From: a virus
Strand: one strand, 5' to 3'
DNA length: 64,000 nt
Virus record (IMG/VR): IMGVR_UViG_3300038336_000025
The translations under genes were made by a program, and so were the position numbers. This document shows, in pieces, positions 25,202 through 35,136 of the stretch (position 1 is its first letter; every line of letters begins with the position of its first letter). The notes under the pieces are model-generated. The model was given only the letters and a program-made list of their open reading frames with translations. It was not told the DNA's origin and ran no database searches.

Positions 25202-25651
25202 TCAAGAAACAGTGTTGTTTGCGCCTTTAAAAGCTGCAATCCTGACCTTAATTTTTTCAACTTCGGCCTTAATGCGCTTTGTAAAGTTCTCAACCTTGCG
25301 AGTCTGTTCACTATGAAGCTGTTTCTGAATACCAATGATGATATTAGCAACATTCTTCGTGAACTTTAGTTTCGCAAGTCTGGTACCTTTCAGTTCTTCA
25401 AATGTATCATCGGGATTGCACTTAGCCATACCGACACACTTTGCCAACTGGAAGCACAAGGTAGCAAGGGTTTTATGACGAACGTTTTTACCGTTCTGAA
25501 CGAGTAATTTGATTGTCTGTGGACAGAACTTTACAATCAACTTATTCTCGTTACGAATCATTTCGTAATTTGTATTTGGGCTGATGGCTCCGAACTGTGA
25601 AAGCAGTTCATTGAGCATCTTGCTTTGTCTTTTTGAAAATTCAACCTTCAT
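25202..25651 (-). CDS. Hypothetical protein (149 aa)
   Basis: ORF track; promoter plus AAAGGA SD upstream. Confidence 0.65.
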   Translation of the reverse strand: MKVEFSKRQSKMLNELLSQFGAISPNTNYEMIRNENKLIVKFCPQTIKLLVQNGKNVRHKTLATLCFQLAKCVGMAKCNPDDTFEELKGTRLAKLKFTKNVANIIIGIQKQLHSEQTRKVENFTKRIKAEVEKIKVRIAAFKGANNTVS

Positions 25652-25680
25652 TTATTTAATCCTTTCGTTTCGATATTTTG

Positions 25681-25710
25681 ATTATATCATTGCTTAACAA
25701 ACTTTGTCAA
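25681..25710 (-). promoter_or_regulatory. Near-consensus sigma70 promoter TTGACA-N18-TATAAT with TG extension
   Basis: Minus strand reads TTGACAAAGTTTGTTAAGCAATGATATAATCAA. Confidence 0.75.
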
Positions 25711-25732
25711 CAAAAATCTTTATCTAATTTTT

Positions 25733-25766
25733 AAAGGCCGGTGAAAATTGCTTCCCACCGGCCTTT
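25733..25766. terminator. Hairpin AAAGGCCGGTG/CACCGGCCTTT downstream of gene 25776-25970
   Basis: 11-bp GC-rich stem flanked by A/T runs on both sides. Confidence 0.55.
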
Positions 25767-25775
25767 AGACGTTAA

Positions 25776-25970
25776 TTAGCCGACAACTTCAACAGACAGT
25801 TTGCGGAAGTCTTTAAACAACTTTGTGAGGTTGTTTGTTGCGCCTCTGGCGCGTCTTGTGGCCATTTTGTTGCCCTTTTCGGCGGCTTTCTTTGAGTCTT
25901 CATTGAAAATGACCAACTCGGCTTCGATTTCTTTCAACAGTGATTCCAGTTTGCTATCCATTGTGTACAC
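25776..25970 (-). CDS. Small basic protein sharing the histone-H1-like helix motif with 13948-14244
   Basis: NKMATRRARGATNNLTKLFKDFRKL. Confidence 0.55.
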   Translation of the reverse strand: MYTMDSKLESLLKEIEAELVIFNEDSKKAAEKGNKMATRRARGATNNLTKLFKDFRKLSVEVVG

Positions 25971-25979
25971 CTTTCGTTA

Positions 25980-27131
25980 TTAGATTGCAATGCTTTCTTC
26001 AAGCAATGATTCCGGTACTTCAACATCATTTGTTTTCAGATAGTTGTTAATTGCATTAACATCTTTCTTCAAATCATCGGTGATTGCAAGAATACCTTTT
26101 TCCTTAAAGTATTCAATGATCTGTGAAAGAAGATGTTTATTCTTCAGATTCTTTGCAATGATGTCTTTGGGTAAAGTTATCATCTTAACTGGTATGGCGA
26201 TGTCATCAAGGCTCAATTCATCATCCCCATCAAGTGATAAGCTTTCAGTATCAAGAGAGATATCATTATCACTGTCAAGTGAGAGATTGTCAAGTGATAA
26301 ATCATCTTCTTTTGGTTTAGCCGTTGTTTTTGGAGCTGTAGATGGCTGAATCTTCGGTGCTGTTTTTGGATCAGCAGTTTTGGTCTTTGATGAAGTGTTT
26401 ACATCATCAAGACTGGTAACTTCATCTTCGTCAAGTTCAGCATCAGATTCTTCTTCTGAGTGAGCTTTTGTAAGGTAGTCATGAAGCTGTTCATAAGTCT
26501 GTGTTTTACCATAGACCTTTTCCAGATCAATCGGGCCACCCTGTTCAAACGTTCTACCCCAGAGGAAGTCGTAGTTTTCCTTGAGTTCATGTGCTCTTGC
26601 ATCATCAGTTGATTCTGTAAGGCTGTATGAAACACGGTCACTACCATCTTTATTCTTGGACATCGTTTTCTTGTAAGACCAGATAATACCATCAATCGGG
26701 TCTTTTTCGATGATTGCAAGGATTTCTTTCAGTCTGGACGCTGTGAACTTAATAGCGATGAATTTCTGTTCTTTGTCATTAAGATCAATGGCATTTACCC
26801 AGTACTTCTCATCAACTATCTTGTTGATAACACCCTGAATTTTTGTCTTTTCGTCTTTGTTGGATGTTTCGCGCCATTCTTTCCATAGTTCCTGAATGAA
26901 GTCGCATACCGGGCACTTCTCGTTAAGTTCCGGGCTTGTATTCATGCACCAGCAGCTTTTTGCGTTGCTCTTAACGATTGGAACCATGTGAAGGTTGAAG
27001 TGTTTTCGTGCATAGAAAAACTGTTCATTTGGAATCCACAGTTTTACAGTTCCTTCATGCTTCAATTCTCGACTGTTGCGAGAACCACCGGACATTTTTG
27101 ATTTTAGTTCTTTTGCTGTAAAGTACCCCAT
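25980..27131 (-). CDS. gp32-like ssDNA-binding protein with acidic LSLD repeats and an extra C-terminal domain
   Basis: Zn-site-like CWC...CPVCDF (compare T4 gp32 CPVCQY); acidic DDLSLDNLSLDSDNDISLD... at aa 275-311. Confidence 0.65.
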   Translation of the reverse strand: MGYFTAKELKSKMSGGSRNSRELKHEGTVKLWIPNEQFFYARKHFNLHMVPIVKSNAKSCWCMNTSPELNEKCPVCDFIQELWKEWRETSNKDEKTKIQGVINKIVDEKYWVNAIDLNDKEQKFIAIKFTASRLKEILAIIEKDPIDGIIWSYKKTMSKNKDGSDRVSYSLTESTDDARAHELKENYDFLWGRTFEQGGPIDLEKVYGKTQTYEQLHDYLTKAHSEEESDAELDEDEVTSLDDVNTSSKTKTADPKTAPKIQPSTAPKTTAKPKEDDLSLDNLSLDSDNDISLDTESLSLDGDDELSLDDIAIPVKMITLPKDIIAKNLKNKHLLSQIIEYFKEKGILAITDDLKKDVNAINNYLKTNDVEVPESLLEESIAI

Positions 27132-27913
27132 TATTCTACCTCCATTGTATTTATGTTAAAGAAATAGTCTTTACCATTTGTAAGAAGCCATGCCATATCC
27201 GACACGTACAACTTAACTCTGTCTTTGGGATTGCTGTCTTTAATGGCTTTAATCATTTCCTTAAAGCCCATTCCAACCATCGTTACCGGGATGTTATCAA
27301 GACTACCGATGAAATCTTTGTCGGCAATCGTTCTGGTAAAGTTTTCACCAGTTGAATTGTTTTCAATGCGGCATTTCATCATACCTTTTGCCGGTGTCAT
27401 CTTGAATGTTTCATAGCTGAACGCTTTGGCATCATCGACAACATCTTGCAAAGTACCAATCGGGAGTTCAACACCGTTTTCATAAACGATTTTGCCACGA
27501 TTATATGTCAGTGCATCTTTGTCGAAGAAGTCAAGAATACCATCAATTGCCTGATAAGATTCTACAATTTCAGCATCAGAGGTTTGAGCCATATTCGAAT
27601 GAATTTTGCCAACGCCTGTACCGTCACTGAGAAGGAATGCATCAACAGATGATTTGATTCTTAACATTTCAGAATCGGTTCTGTTTACTGCGGCAATCAA
27701 TTTCTGAAGATTTGGAACTTTGATGTTCCCTTCTTCTGTAACTTTAACACCGTCACAATAAACTTCTGCGTACATTGTGACCATTTTGTCAGTTACTTTA
27801 GCCATGATTCGGTTATTCGGTGCTGTGTGAATAACAAGATCACGGATAATATTTCCGAGAGCGCAACGCCCTAAGAATTGTTTAAAGTTCGCTGTGTTCA
27901 ACTGGATATCCAT
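27131..27913 (-). CDS. Putative sliding clamp (processivity factor)
   Basis: 260 aa, located between the SSB and helicase genes, gp45-like length and N-terminus; no diagnostic motif. Confidence 0.4.
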   Translation of the reverse strand: MDIQLNTANFKQFLGRCALGNIIRDLVIHTAPNNRIMAKVTDKMVTMYAEVYCDGVKVTEEGNIKVPNLQKLIAAVNRTDSEMLRIKSSVDAFLLSDGTGVGKIHSNMAQTSDAEIVESYQAIDGILDFFDKDALTYNRGKIVYENGVELPIGTLQDVVDDAKAFSYETFKMTPAKGMMKCRIENNSTGENFTRTIADKDFIGSLDNIPVTMVGMGFKEMIKAIKDSNPKDRVKLYVSDMAWLLTNGKDYFFNINTMEVE

Positions 27914-27959
27914 AGTTTAAAAACCTCCATAAACATTATAACAACATAGAATTGTTTTA

Positions 27960-29447
27960 TTAGTCAAGCAAATTTATTTCTTCTTCTTGAGAACATTTTG
28001 ACAGTTTTCCTTCTTTAGCAATAGGTATTTCGCCTCCTGCTACCTTCTCTCCTTCTTCTTTTACCTTCTGTTTTTTGGTTTTCATACTGCTGAAACCAAC
28101 CGCCATCATTTCTTCTTGTTCTTTTTCGATAAATGTCATTTTGTGAAACTGTGGGATTACTTGGGTTCTACATTTTGGTATATTCCTTCCTTTAATAATT
28201 GAGATACTCATTCTGCCATTGTAAACAACTCCTTCAAACTCTGTCATAAAATCTTCATCTTCTTTTGTAATCTCAAGCGCAATCATTATATCGGCCTTAT
28301 GTGAGGCAATATCTGACCACGATCCTGACTCTGTATCAACCTTCTTAACACCACGTTTAGTTTGCTGTGCAGAGTATACCACACAATTGAATTCACCAGC
28401 AAACTCTTTTAGTGACGAATAAATAACACCAAAGGCAGCGGCGTCATAATCGGAAACACCATTAATACCGGACTTCATATCACCAGCATAGTCAATGATT
28501 ATAAAGTCTGGGTTAAACGGATTATTCGCAATGATGCTTCGTACCTTTGCCGGTGTGCAACCGCTTGGTACCCAATAAACTAACAGGTCTTCATCTCTGG
28601 AACTGACACAGGAAATCCGGTTATCCCATCGCTTCATCAAATCTGTATCAGTTGTAATAGAACCAGATGAGAATTGCTTATGTTCTATACCGGTAATATT
28701 TGAATCCATTCGATACAAATACTGACTGGCACTCATTTCAATTGTGATAATTATTCCACGTAAACCACGCTTATAATTATGTAATGCCGTGTGCATCAAG
28801 AACATTGATTTACCAGTGTTTGTTCTGGCCTGATAAAGAACAAATTCGCCGGGAGCCTGTCTACCAATATATTTGTCGATGTTCTTAAAACCAAGTTCAC
28901 ACATACCAACCTTGTCTGGGTTGTCGTGTATATCTTTGGCTAATGATTGTCGATCTTTTAAACTGTTCTTTAAACCCATTACAGTTTGTACCTGCTTTGG
29001 GTTCTTCATTCTCCTGATTTCGGAAAAGCTCTTTTCCAAATCAGTCATAGTACCATCAAAGTTCTTATCAACGTAATCTATCGAATTGTTTAATGCACCC
29101 AAGAACTTTCTTCGACAAGCAAACTCTGTCAGTGCAATACAGTGAACCTTGAAGTCTTCAATCGTGCAAGGTCGTGTCTTTATTGCTCTTAATGCTTCCA
29201 AGACCTTTAAGTTTTCCTTCTCTGGTCTTTCCTGCATGTTCTTGTAATATGTCAGGAACCCTTGAGTAGAAAGGACATCACCTTTTCGTAATCGTTCACA
29301 AAGGATTAAAACTATTTCACGGTTTACAAGATTTGCGAATTGTTCTTCTTTAGCAGGTGACGCATCAAATACTTTAATTGCATCCTTGCCGTATTTAAAC
29401 AGCCCAAACATTAGAGATAGTTCTGTATCAATACATTCAACCTTCAT
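27960..29447 (-). CDS. DnaB-like replicative helicase
   Basis: RecA-fold C-terminal domain: Walker A ARTNTGKSMF, Walker B-like FIIIDYAGDM. Confidence 0.75.
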   Translation of the reverse strand: MKVECIDTELSLMFGLFKYGKDAIKVFDASPAKEEQFANLVNREIVLILCERLRKGDVLSTQGFLTYYKNMQERPEKENLKVLEALRAIKTRPCTIEDFKVHCIALTEFACRRKFLGALNNSIDYVDKNFDGTMTDLEKSFSEIRRMKNPKQVQTVMGLKNSLKDRQSLAKDIHDNPDKVGMCELGFKNIDKYIGRQAPGEFVLYQARTNTGKSMFLMHTALHNYKRGLRGIIITIEMSASQYLYRMDSNITGIEHKQFSSGSITTDTDLMKRWDNRISCVSSRDEDLLVYWVPSGCTPAKVRSIIANNPFNPDFIIIDYAGDMKSGINGVSDYDAAAFGVIYSSLKEFAGEFNCVVYSAQQTKRGVKKVDTESGSWSDIASHKADIMIALEITKEDEDFMTEFEGVVYNGRMSISIIKGRNIPKCRTQVIPQFHKMTFIEKEQEEMMAVGFSSMKTKKQKVKEEGEKVAGGEIPIAKEGKLSKCSQEEEINLLD

Positions 29448-30298
29448 AATGTCCTACCTCTGTTTGGGATTCTCTGCTTTGAAACCGGTCTGACAGACTC
29501 ACCTTCAGATGAGCTTACCTTTTTATCTGAGAACAGCTTGACAAATTCTGGGTTTAATTCGTTCAACCGTTCTAAGGCACTCTGCTTCTTTTTATCAATG
29601 CTGACTTCGAACTTTAAACAATCCAAGACGAAGTATTCAATCAGTGATGTGCAATACTTTTTCTTCAAATCATCTAATATTAAATCACCAACAATTATCG
29701 TTATACAATTCATACTTGAACGTAAATTCAATAAGTTCATGAAACGTGTTGTAACAAATGATTCTTCTTCGGCTAATTGTTTATTATTCTCTTGCCCGAA
29801 ACCATCAACGATGAGAAACTTAGTCTCTACCAGTGAATCCCAACCCTTCTCATCTCTTTCAAAGTTGAAGAATGTATCAATGAGTTCATGTGATTTAATC
29901 ATCGCTGCATCATGTTCACTATCAATCAGATTAACCGCGATTAGACTGGCAATAAACGATGTTGCATAGTCCTTTCGTTCTTTACAGTGTATGAATATGT
30001 TTGTCGCTTCTGTGAGCTGCCTAATCATCTTGATTAACAGTTTCACATTTTCCTGACACTCTTTTGTAAATGTCTCGACAAATTTTCCATTACTGCCATT
30101 GAACAGAACTAACGGGACACCGATCTTTATGTATTCTTTGTTCTTGAGAAATGCCTTTGTACAATCACAATCGACGTATGTTTGTTCGTCTTTCATGATA
30201 TGACCAAGATGGTCACACTTGGTACATTCCTTCTTTAACTTCTCGTAATAATCCTGACAAACCCCAAAATATTTTTCCTTGAAAAACTCTGGTAGCAT
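29444..30298 (-). CDS. Hypothetical protein, possible helicase loader/partner (Cys/His-rich N-terminus)
   Basis: Translationally coupled to the helicase; FLIVDGFGQE Walker-B-like, but no Walker A seen. Confidence 0.6.
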   Translation of the reverse strand: MLPEFFKEKYFGVCQDYYEKLKKECTKCDHLGHIMKDEQTYVDCDCTKAFLKNKEYIKIGVPLVLFNGSNGKFVETFTKECQENVKLLIKMIRQLTEATNIFIHCKERKDYATSFIASLIAVNLIDSEHDAAMIKSHELIDTFFNFERDEKGWDSLVETKFLIVDGFGQENNKQLAEEESFVTTRFMNLLNLRSSMNCITIIVGDLILDDLKKKYCTSLIEYFVLDCLKFEVSIDKKKQSALERLNELNPEFVKLFSDKKVSSSEGESVRPVSKQRIPNRGRTL

Positions 30299-30313
30299 TA
30301 GAACAATTCCTTT

Positions 30314-31261
30314 TTAATTGTTGTCTATTTGAGCACATTCATGAAAGATTCCTACATTTTTCAGTCGTTTAACCTGATCTTCACAGTATTGTTTAGACAC
30401 ATCAATACTGACATAATATCGGTTCATCGACTTTGCCATAACTGCCGTTGTACCTGAACCACCGAACGGATCAACAACTATATCGCCGGGATTTGTCCAT
30501 GTAAGGATATGGTCACGAACAAGTTCCTCTGGGAATACTGCGGGATGATCATTGGATAGCTTTAAATATTTGTCATATGTATTCTTGACAGCCCAAACAT
30601 CACAACGTTTACCATTTGGGTCAAGAATAATATAACCACGATTTACATATTCAAGAATTTTGTCGTGTGTGAGTTCTTCTGGTTTCTCATTGTTTGCCGG
30701 GTAAGCCCACACATTCCACCTTGCGCCAACATCTTTATATTTCTTACCTGTTGTGCAAGCCTCTTTCTTTGTTCCATCGGCCTGACGTTCTCTACCGGGT
30801 ACCAAACAACCACCCCAAAGGTTCTGACGATCTTCGATGATGTTGATTGTTTTTGGTTTACCCTTGCTGAAAACAAACATATATTCAAATGAATTGTGGT
30901 ATCTGATTTTCTCAGGGTATTTAAGGAATGTTTTCTGCCAGATCATTGTATCGTGGATATTTAAACCGCATTTCTGTTTGAAATACAACGCCTGTTTAAA
31001 CGATGTTCCAGATTCAGAACCATCAATAACTGTATCTTGAACTACCCAAACAATTACCCCGCCGGGTTTTAATGCTCTGGCTAATTCCTGTGCAATTGTA
31101 CAAAAATCAAACGCATAACCTTCATACGATCGAGCATAATCATAGGGTGGTGACATTATACCAAAATCAATAGACTCATCTGGCAATAGCCTTAACTTTT
31201 CGGCAGAATCACCATGGTAAACTTTATTAACAAGGAGTTTCATTTCTTCAGGAAGATTCAT
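30314..31261 (-). CDS. Beta-class DNA amino-methyltransferase with SPPY motif (m4C- or m6A-type)
   Basis: Motif IV MSPPYDY near the N-terminus, motif I DPFGGSGTT near the C-terminus. Confidence 0.8.
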   Translation of the reverse strand: MNLPEEMKLLVNKVYHGDSAEKLRLLPDESIDFGIMSPPYDYARSYEGYAFDFCTIAQELARALKPGGVIVWVVQDTVIDGSESGTSFKQALYFKQKCGLNIHDTMIWQKTFLKYPEKIRYHNSFEYMFVFSKGKPKTINIIEDRQNLWGGCLVPGRERQADGTKKEACTTGKKYKDVGARWNVWAYPANNEKPEELTHDKILEYVNRGYIILDPNGKRCDVWAVKNTYDKYLKLSNDHPAVFPEELVRDHILTWTNPGDIVVDPFGGSGTTAVMAKSMNRYYVSIDVSKQYCEDQVKRLKNVGIFHECAQIDNN

Positions 31262-31357
31262 ATAGGGAAATGTCCTTTTATTGCTTGTTTAAAGGGGATT
31301 TTGTGGTCTGGTGCATCATGATAACACACCAGAACCACTTTAATCAATGCTTATTCG

Positions 31358-34300
31358 TCAATTCCATAAAAAGCTTCGACCGGCTTTAGCAGAACCCGAT
31401 GAATTGCCCTTGACATAATATTCATTCCATTTCAATGTCGGATAGGCAACGACCAACAGCCTTTCAAACGCCGGGAATATCTTGTTATTCCAATAGTAAG
31501 ATTCATTGTATTTACCAGTGAATGCATAGAGTGGCCTTGGTAGCGGCTTCTGTCTTGTGTCAAAGCTTTCAATGAAGTATTGAACCTTGTCACCAACCCA
31601 GAAGTCTTTACCATCTTTAAGCATCTGAGCAGCTACTTTTGTGTGCATCATCGGTTTATCATATTGATCAATAGGCTTTGTAACCTTCTGAGCAAACATC
31701 AGTTCATCCAATGGAAGCTTGCTGGAAAATACTTTGGTTTGTTTATCAAGAATCCATGCCCGGATATCAATTGGTGATGGTGGTTCATCTGACAGAATCC
31801 ATTCAAGAATTTCTTTCTGGTATTTCTTAACGAAACCACATTGATCTGTTCTGACATATTCAAAACCAGTGATCTTCAGTTTACAAGGATTAACTTCATG
31901 ACCATCAAGGTAGTCGAGATAACCAGCGTAACGCTTTTTGGCATTAACGATTAAGAATGTTCTGAATCCTTTATCATAGGACATTTCCAGTGTACAAACA
32001 TCTGCATTAAATTCTTCTTTGGCAATTTTATCGCACAACTTCTGAATCTTACCCAAGAGGTCTATGACATCATCTACCGATTTGATCTTGTCTACAAACA
32101 ATGAATCTGTATTGTGTAATAGAATTGAACCCATTGCATCAACAAAGTTGTGATTATCGGCTACCGACAAATCATAAAGATAATCATCATAATCAATTGG
32201 TTTGCAAATATTTTCTATCAAGTGCTTACCATATCCTTCATTGATCAGATTCTTAACGGTATAGGTCTTTTTATTAAAGTTACTCTGACAAACAACCACC
32301 ATACCAACCTGTTTCATGAGAGTAGACAATCCAGAAATCAACTTAATTGAAGCTGATTCGAAATCATAGTTCGTGCCGCTTTTTATTTCTGTAATTGAAC
32401 CATCACCAATCATTAGCTGTTGGATGAAATGTTTCTTTTGCTCCAACGACAATCTATAAACAAAGTTTGGTATTCTTTTTTGGTCATATTTTTGTCCACA
32501 AAGTTGTCTAAATACAATAGCCTGTAAACAAGTCATCATCTGTAGTTTATTATTACCATCAGATTGACACAATAATCCATTTTCTGCATTTTTGAATAGC
32601 CAGTCTGTTGTTTGTTTTAATTGATTTAACAACCAGAAATCTCTTGACGCAATTGATGTACCTTTACGACTTTGTGTTGTTTCCGGGGTCGATGATGAAC
32701 CATTACATATATAGTGCGCCAACAAACTTAAAAAGCCATTGAACATCGGGTCATTAACATTGAGATGCCGCAACATTGTTGTCTTTTTGACTTGATTGTG
32801 TGATAAGAAAATCTTTTCACTATCTGCGGTTAAATAGACATCCCCACCACGCTTTCTTGTGTAAGAATATGGTTCCATATAATCTAATAGGTCGATTGTC
32901 GTGATTGGTTGTATGTCTGGTAATTGAGTTAAACTGAATGCATTAAAGCCGTCTGTTGGCTTAAAACATTGCCCCTCTGAATTTATCAATGAATGATCTT
33001 TTGATACTTCAGTAACGCCATGTCGGTATCTATAGTGGTAGACTTCTTTTTTAACTTTATGTCTTATGACACAATCAACCGACTTCCATTCGGAATCATG
33101 TGTTTGAAAGTTGTATGAGAGTGCTGTTACATTTTCATCAAAACTTCCATATTCTTTTCCATCCTTGATATATCGCTTGGTTGTTTTATTGAACAATTCT
33201 TCAAAGGATACAACGGAAACATCATCATTTGTTTTAATAATCGTACATCTGTCTTTAGTTACACTATCACCGTAAATTATAATGTATCCTTCATCCTCTA
33301 GGAACTTAGCACCAGCTTTATTAAAATACTGACCACCAAGAGTTACAGATTCAGCAACCCTTGTATCATAAAATCTTGTATGTGACTCGCCTAGTGCTCC
33401 GTAAAATGAAAGACCAAATGATTTGTAAACATATTGAAGGTTATCATATGTTTTATGCATCAGAGAACCGGGAGATTCTTTACTCATTAGGTCTTTGTAG
33501 AAATCTCTCTTCTCTTTCATTCTGGTAATAACTTTTGGAAGGATGCCAATAAAATCTTTCCTGAATCTATGACCACTTGGGGTTTTGATACACATTTCAT
33601 CAGGAACGCTATCATCTGTAACAAGAGTATCAGGTGAAATATTCAGTGTTTTGATGACGTTTGGGTAAAGTGATGAATAGTCAAATACTTTAACATTCTT
33701 GTATCTTCCGGGCTTTGGTGGGAATACATAAGCCCCTTCAAATTTATCATCATCTTCGTCATCGTCTTGTATCAACTGACCATTTTCATCGTATTCCCTG
33801 ATGATCGTTTTAAAGTGATAATGTTTATCTTCCTGTGCCTGTTTAACGATGAGATTGTCAACTTTTCGAGTGATAAACAAGTCATCACAAGGACACATAC
33901 CGATAGCATTTACGTTTCTTGCAACAGCTAGATACTTTGTTTTCATTTCAAGTTCATATTGCCGTCTTACGTCAACTCTATTGTATTTCTCAAGAAGTTC
34001 TGGGTGGTTAAGCCACATCTCATAAACACCAATACCTTCATGTTGAACCTTACCTTCGCCGAGGTATTCTTGTGAAACATTTTCAAGAGAGTATGAACGC
34101 AATGATACAGACTTCTGAAATACCTTCATCTGATCCTGATGAAATATTTTACGCCAATCGAGTTGTATTCCATATCTCATCATCCTCGATTTCACGTATG
34201 GTAAGTCAAAGGATATCCCGTTCCATGAGATGATTACATCATATGAGTTAAAGATTTTACCAATCTTAATAAGTAATTCTTTCTCTTCTTCATCTGTATC

Positions 34301-34852
34301 TTCAGCAATTTTCAAAAATGCTTCTTTACCATCAACCAAATCCTTGAAAGCAACCGATAAAATGCGGAATTCTCCGGGGATTGGCTGACCGTTCTTAATG
34401 CGATCATCAGTTTCAATATCGAAGAATAAACATTTGTAATCCTGTTCAAACTCTACGTTATCCTGCAAGGCAAATCGTTTGTGTGGTGGTATATCAGCTT
34501 CAAATGTTTCACATTCAAGCATCTTCAGCTTTTCAAGCATGTCATTGAATGCGAATGTCTTGTAACCCCAATCTCTTTCCATTTCCTTGTTTAAGGACTC
34601 TGTTTTGTGTGGGTAATCAGCATAAATCTTAACGTATTTACCATCAGGTTCAACCGAGTTGATGACGTTGTTGCTTGTGAACTGGTTAAACTTGCTTCTT
34701 AACCGTTCATAATCTTCGGCTAAGACGTAGAAAAACCAAGCAAACTTTGTTTCACCGATTCCCTTTTTACCTGTCTCTGGATTCCTGTAGACGTAGGCTA
34801 TTTTATTTAAGCCTCTATCCCATGCTCTCATTATCTTGAACTTTTCGGCCAT
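31358..34852 (-). CDS. Family B DNA polymerase, intein-containing precursor
   Basis: Exo I FFDIETD, Exo II SWNGISFDLPY, motif A DYSSLYPNVI, motif B KSFGLSFYGALG, motif C YGD//TDS split by an insert. Confidence 0.95.
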   Translation of the reverse strand: MAEKFKIMRAWDRGLNKIAYVYRNPETGKKGIGETKFAWFFYVLAEDYERLRSKFNQFTSNNVINSVEPDGKYVKIYADYPHKTESLNKEMERDWGYKTFAFNDMLEKLKMLECETFEADIPPHKRFALQDNVEFEQDYKCLFFDIETDDRIKNGQPIPGEFRILSVAFKDLVDGKEAFLKIAEDTDEEEKELLIKIGKIFNSYDVIISWNGISFDLPYVKSRMMRYGIQLDWRKIFHQDQMKVFQKSVSLRSYSLENVSQEYLGEGKVQHEGIGVYEMWLNHPELLEKYNRVDVRRQYELEMKTKYLAVARNVNAIGMCPCDDLFITRKVDNLIVKQAQEDKHYHFKTIIREYDENGQLIQDDDEDDDKFEGAYVFPPKPGRYKNVKVFDYSSLYPNVIKTLNISPDTLVTDDSVPDEMCIKTPSGHRFRKDFIGILPKVITRMKEKRDFYKDLMSKESPGSLMHKTYDNLQYVYKSFGLSFYGALGESHTRFYDTRVAESVTLGGQYFNKAGAKFLEDEGYIIIYGDSVTKDRCTIIKTNDDVSVVSFEELFNKTTKRYIKDGKEYGSFDENVTALSYNFQTHDSEWKSVDCVIRHKVKKEVYHYRYRHGVTEVSKDHSLINSEGQCFKPTDGFNAFSLTQLPDIQPITTIDLLDYMEPYSYTRKRGGDVYLTADSEKIFLSHNQVKKTTMLRHLNVNDPMFNGFLSLLAHYICNGSSSTPETTQSRKGTSIASRDFWLLNQLKQTTDWLFKNAENGLLCQSDGNNKLQMMTCLQAIVFRQLCGQKYDQKRIPNFVYRLSLEQKKHFIQQLMIGDGSITEIKSGTNYDFESASIKLISGLSTLMKQVGMVVVCQSNFNKKTYTVKNLINEGYGKHLIENICKPIDYDDYLYDLSVADNHNFVDAMGSILLHNTDSLFVDKIKSVDDVIDLLGKIQKLCDKIAKEEFNADVCTLEMSYDKGFRTFLIVNAKKRYAGYLDYLDGHEVNPCKLKITGFEYVRTDQCGFVKKYQKEILEWILSDEPPSPIDIRAWILDKQTKVFSSKLPLDELMFAQKVTKPIDQYDKPMMHTKVAAQMLKDGKDFWVGDKVQYFIESFDTRQKPLPRPLYAFTGKYNESYYWNNKIFPAFERLLVVAYPTLKWNEYYVKGNSSGSAKAGRSFLWN
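32111..33265 (-). mobile_element. Intein (385 aa) with LAGLIDADG homing endonuclease, inserted between YGD and TDS of PolB motif C
   Basis: Starts with Ser530 (YGD|SVTKD), block B TEVSKDH, dodecapeptides LSLLAHYICNGS and QQLMIGDGS, ends ...DNHNFVDAMGSILLHN|TDS. Confidence 0.85.
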
Positions 34853-34871
34853 AACTGATATAAACTCCTTT

Positions 34872-35132
34872 TTAATCTATGAAACCTGCGAAACCTTTAT
34901 CTGTAGTCAGTTCTGTGAAAAACGGTTCTGGAATGTTCTCACCCCGCGATAACTTGAATGTAGCGACACCATAAACCATTTTAGTTTTCCTATCCTTGAA
35001 TAATGGGTCAAAACCATCATAAACCATAGCAACACCATCATCGGTATTAATATGAAAACATGTGTTCAATTCTTTACCATCAATAAATGGATGCACCACA
35101 AACGCATAATTATGATCCGCTGTTATTATCAT
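34872..35132 (-). CDS. Hypothetical protein (86 aa)
   Basis: Track TTG start trimmed to ATG 35132. Confidence 0.55.
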   Translation of the reverse strand: MIITADHNYAFVVHPFIDGKELNTCFHINTDDGVAMVYDGFDPLFKDRKTKMVYGVATFKLSRGENIPEPFFTELTTDKGFAGFID

Positions 35133-35136
35133 TTTG

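Noticed and set aside
25141-25353. Track ORF (70 aa, -) overlapping gene 25202-25651 in another frame
   Set aside because: It is shorter and has no SD. The longer frame has a promoter, an SD and protein-like composition.
31285-31335. Hairpin GTGGTCTGGTG/CACCAGAACCAC after PolB as an intrinsic terminator
   Set aside because: The stem has a bulge and no T-run follows it on the transcribed (minus) strand. It is left uncalled.
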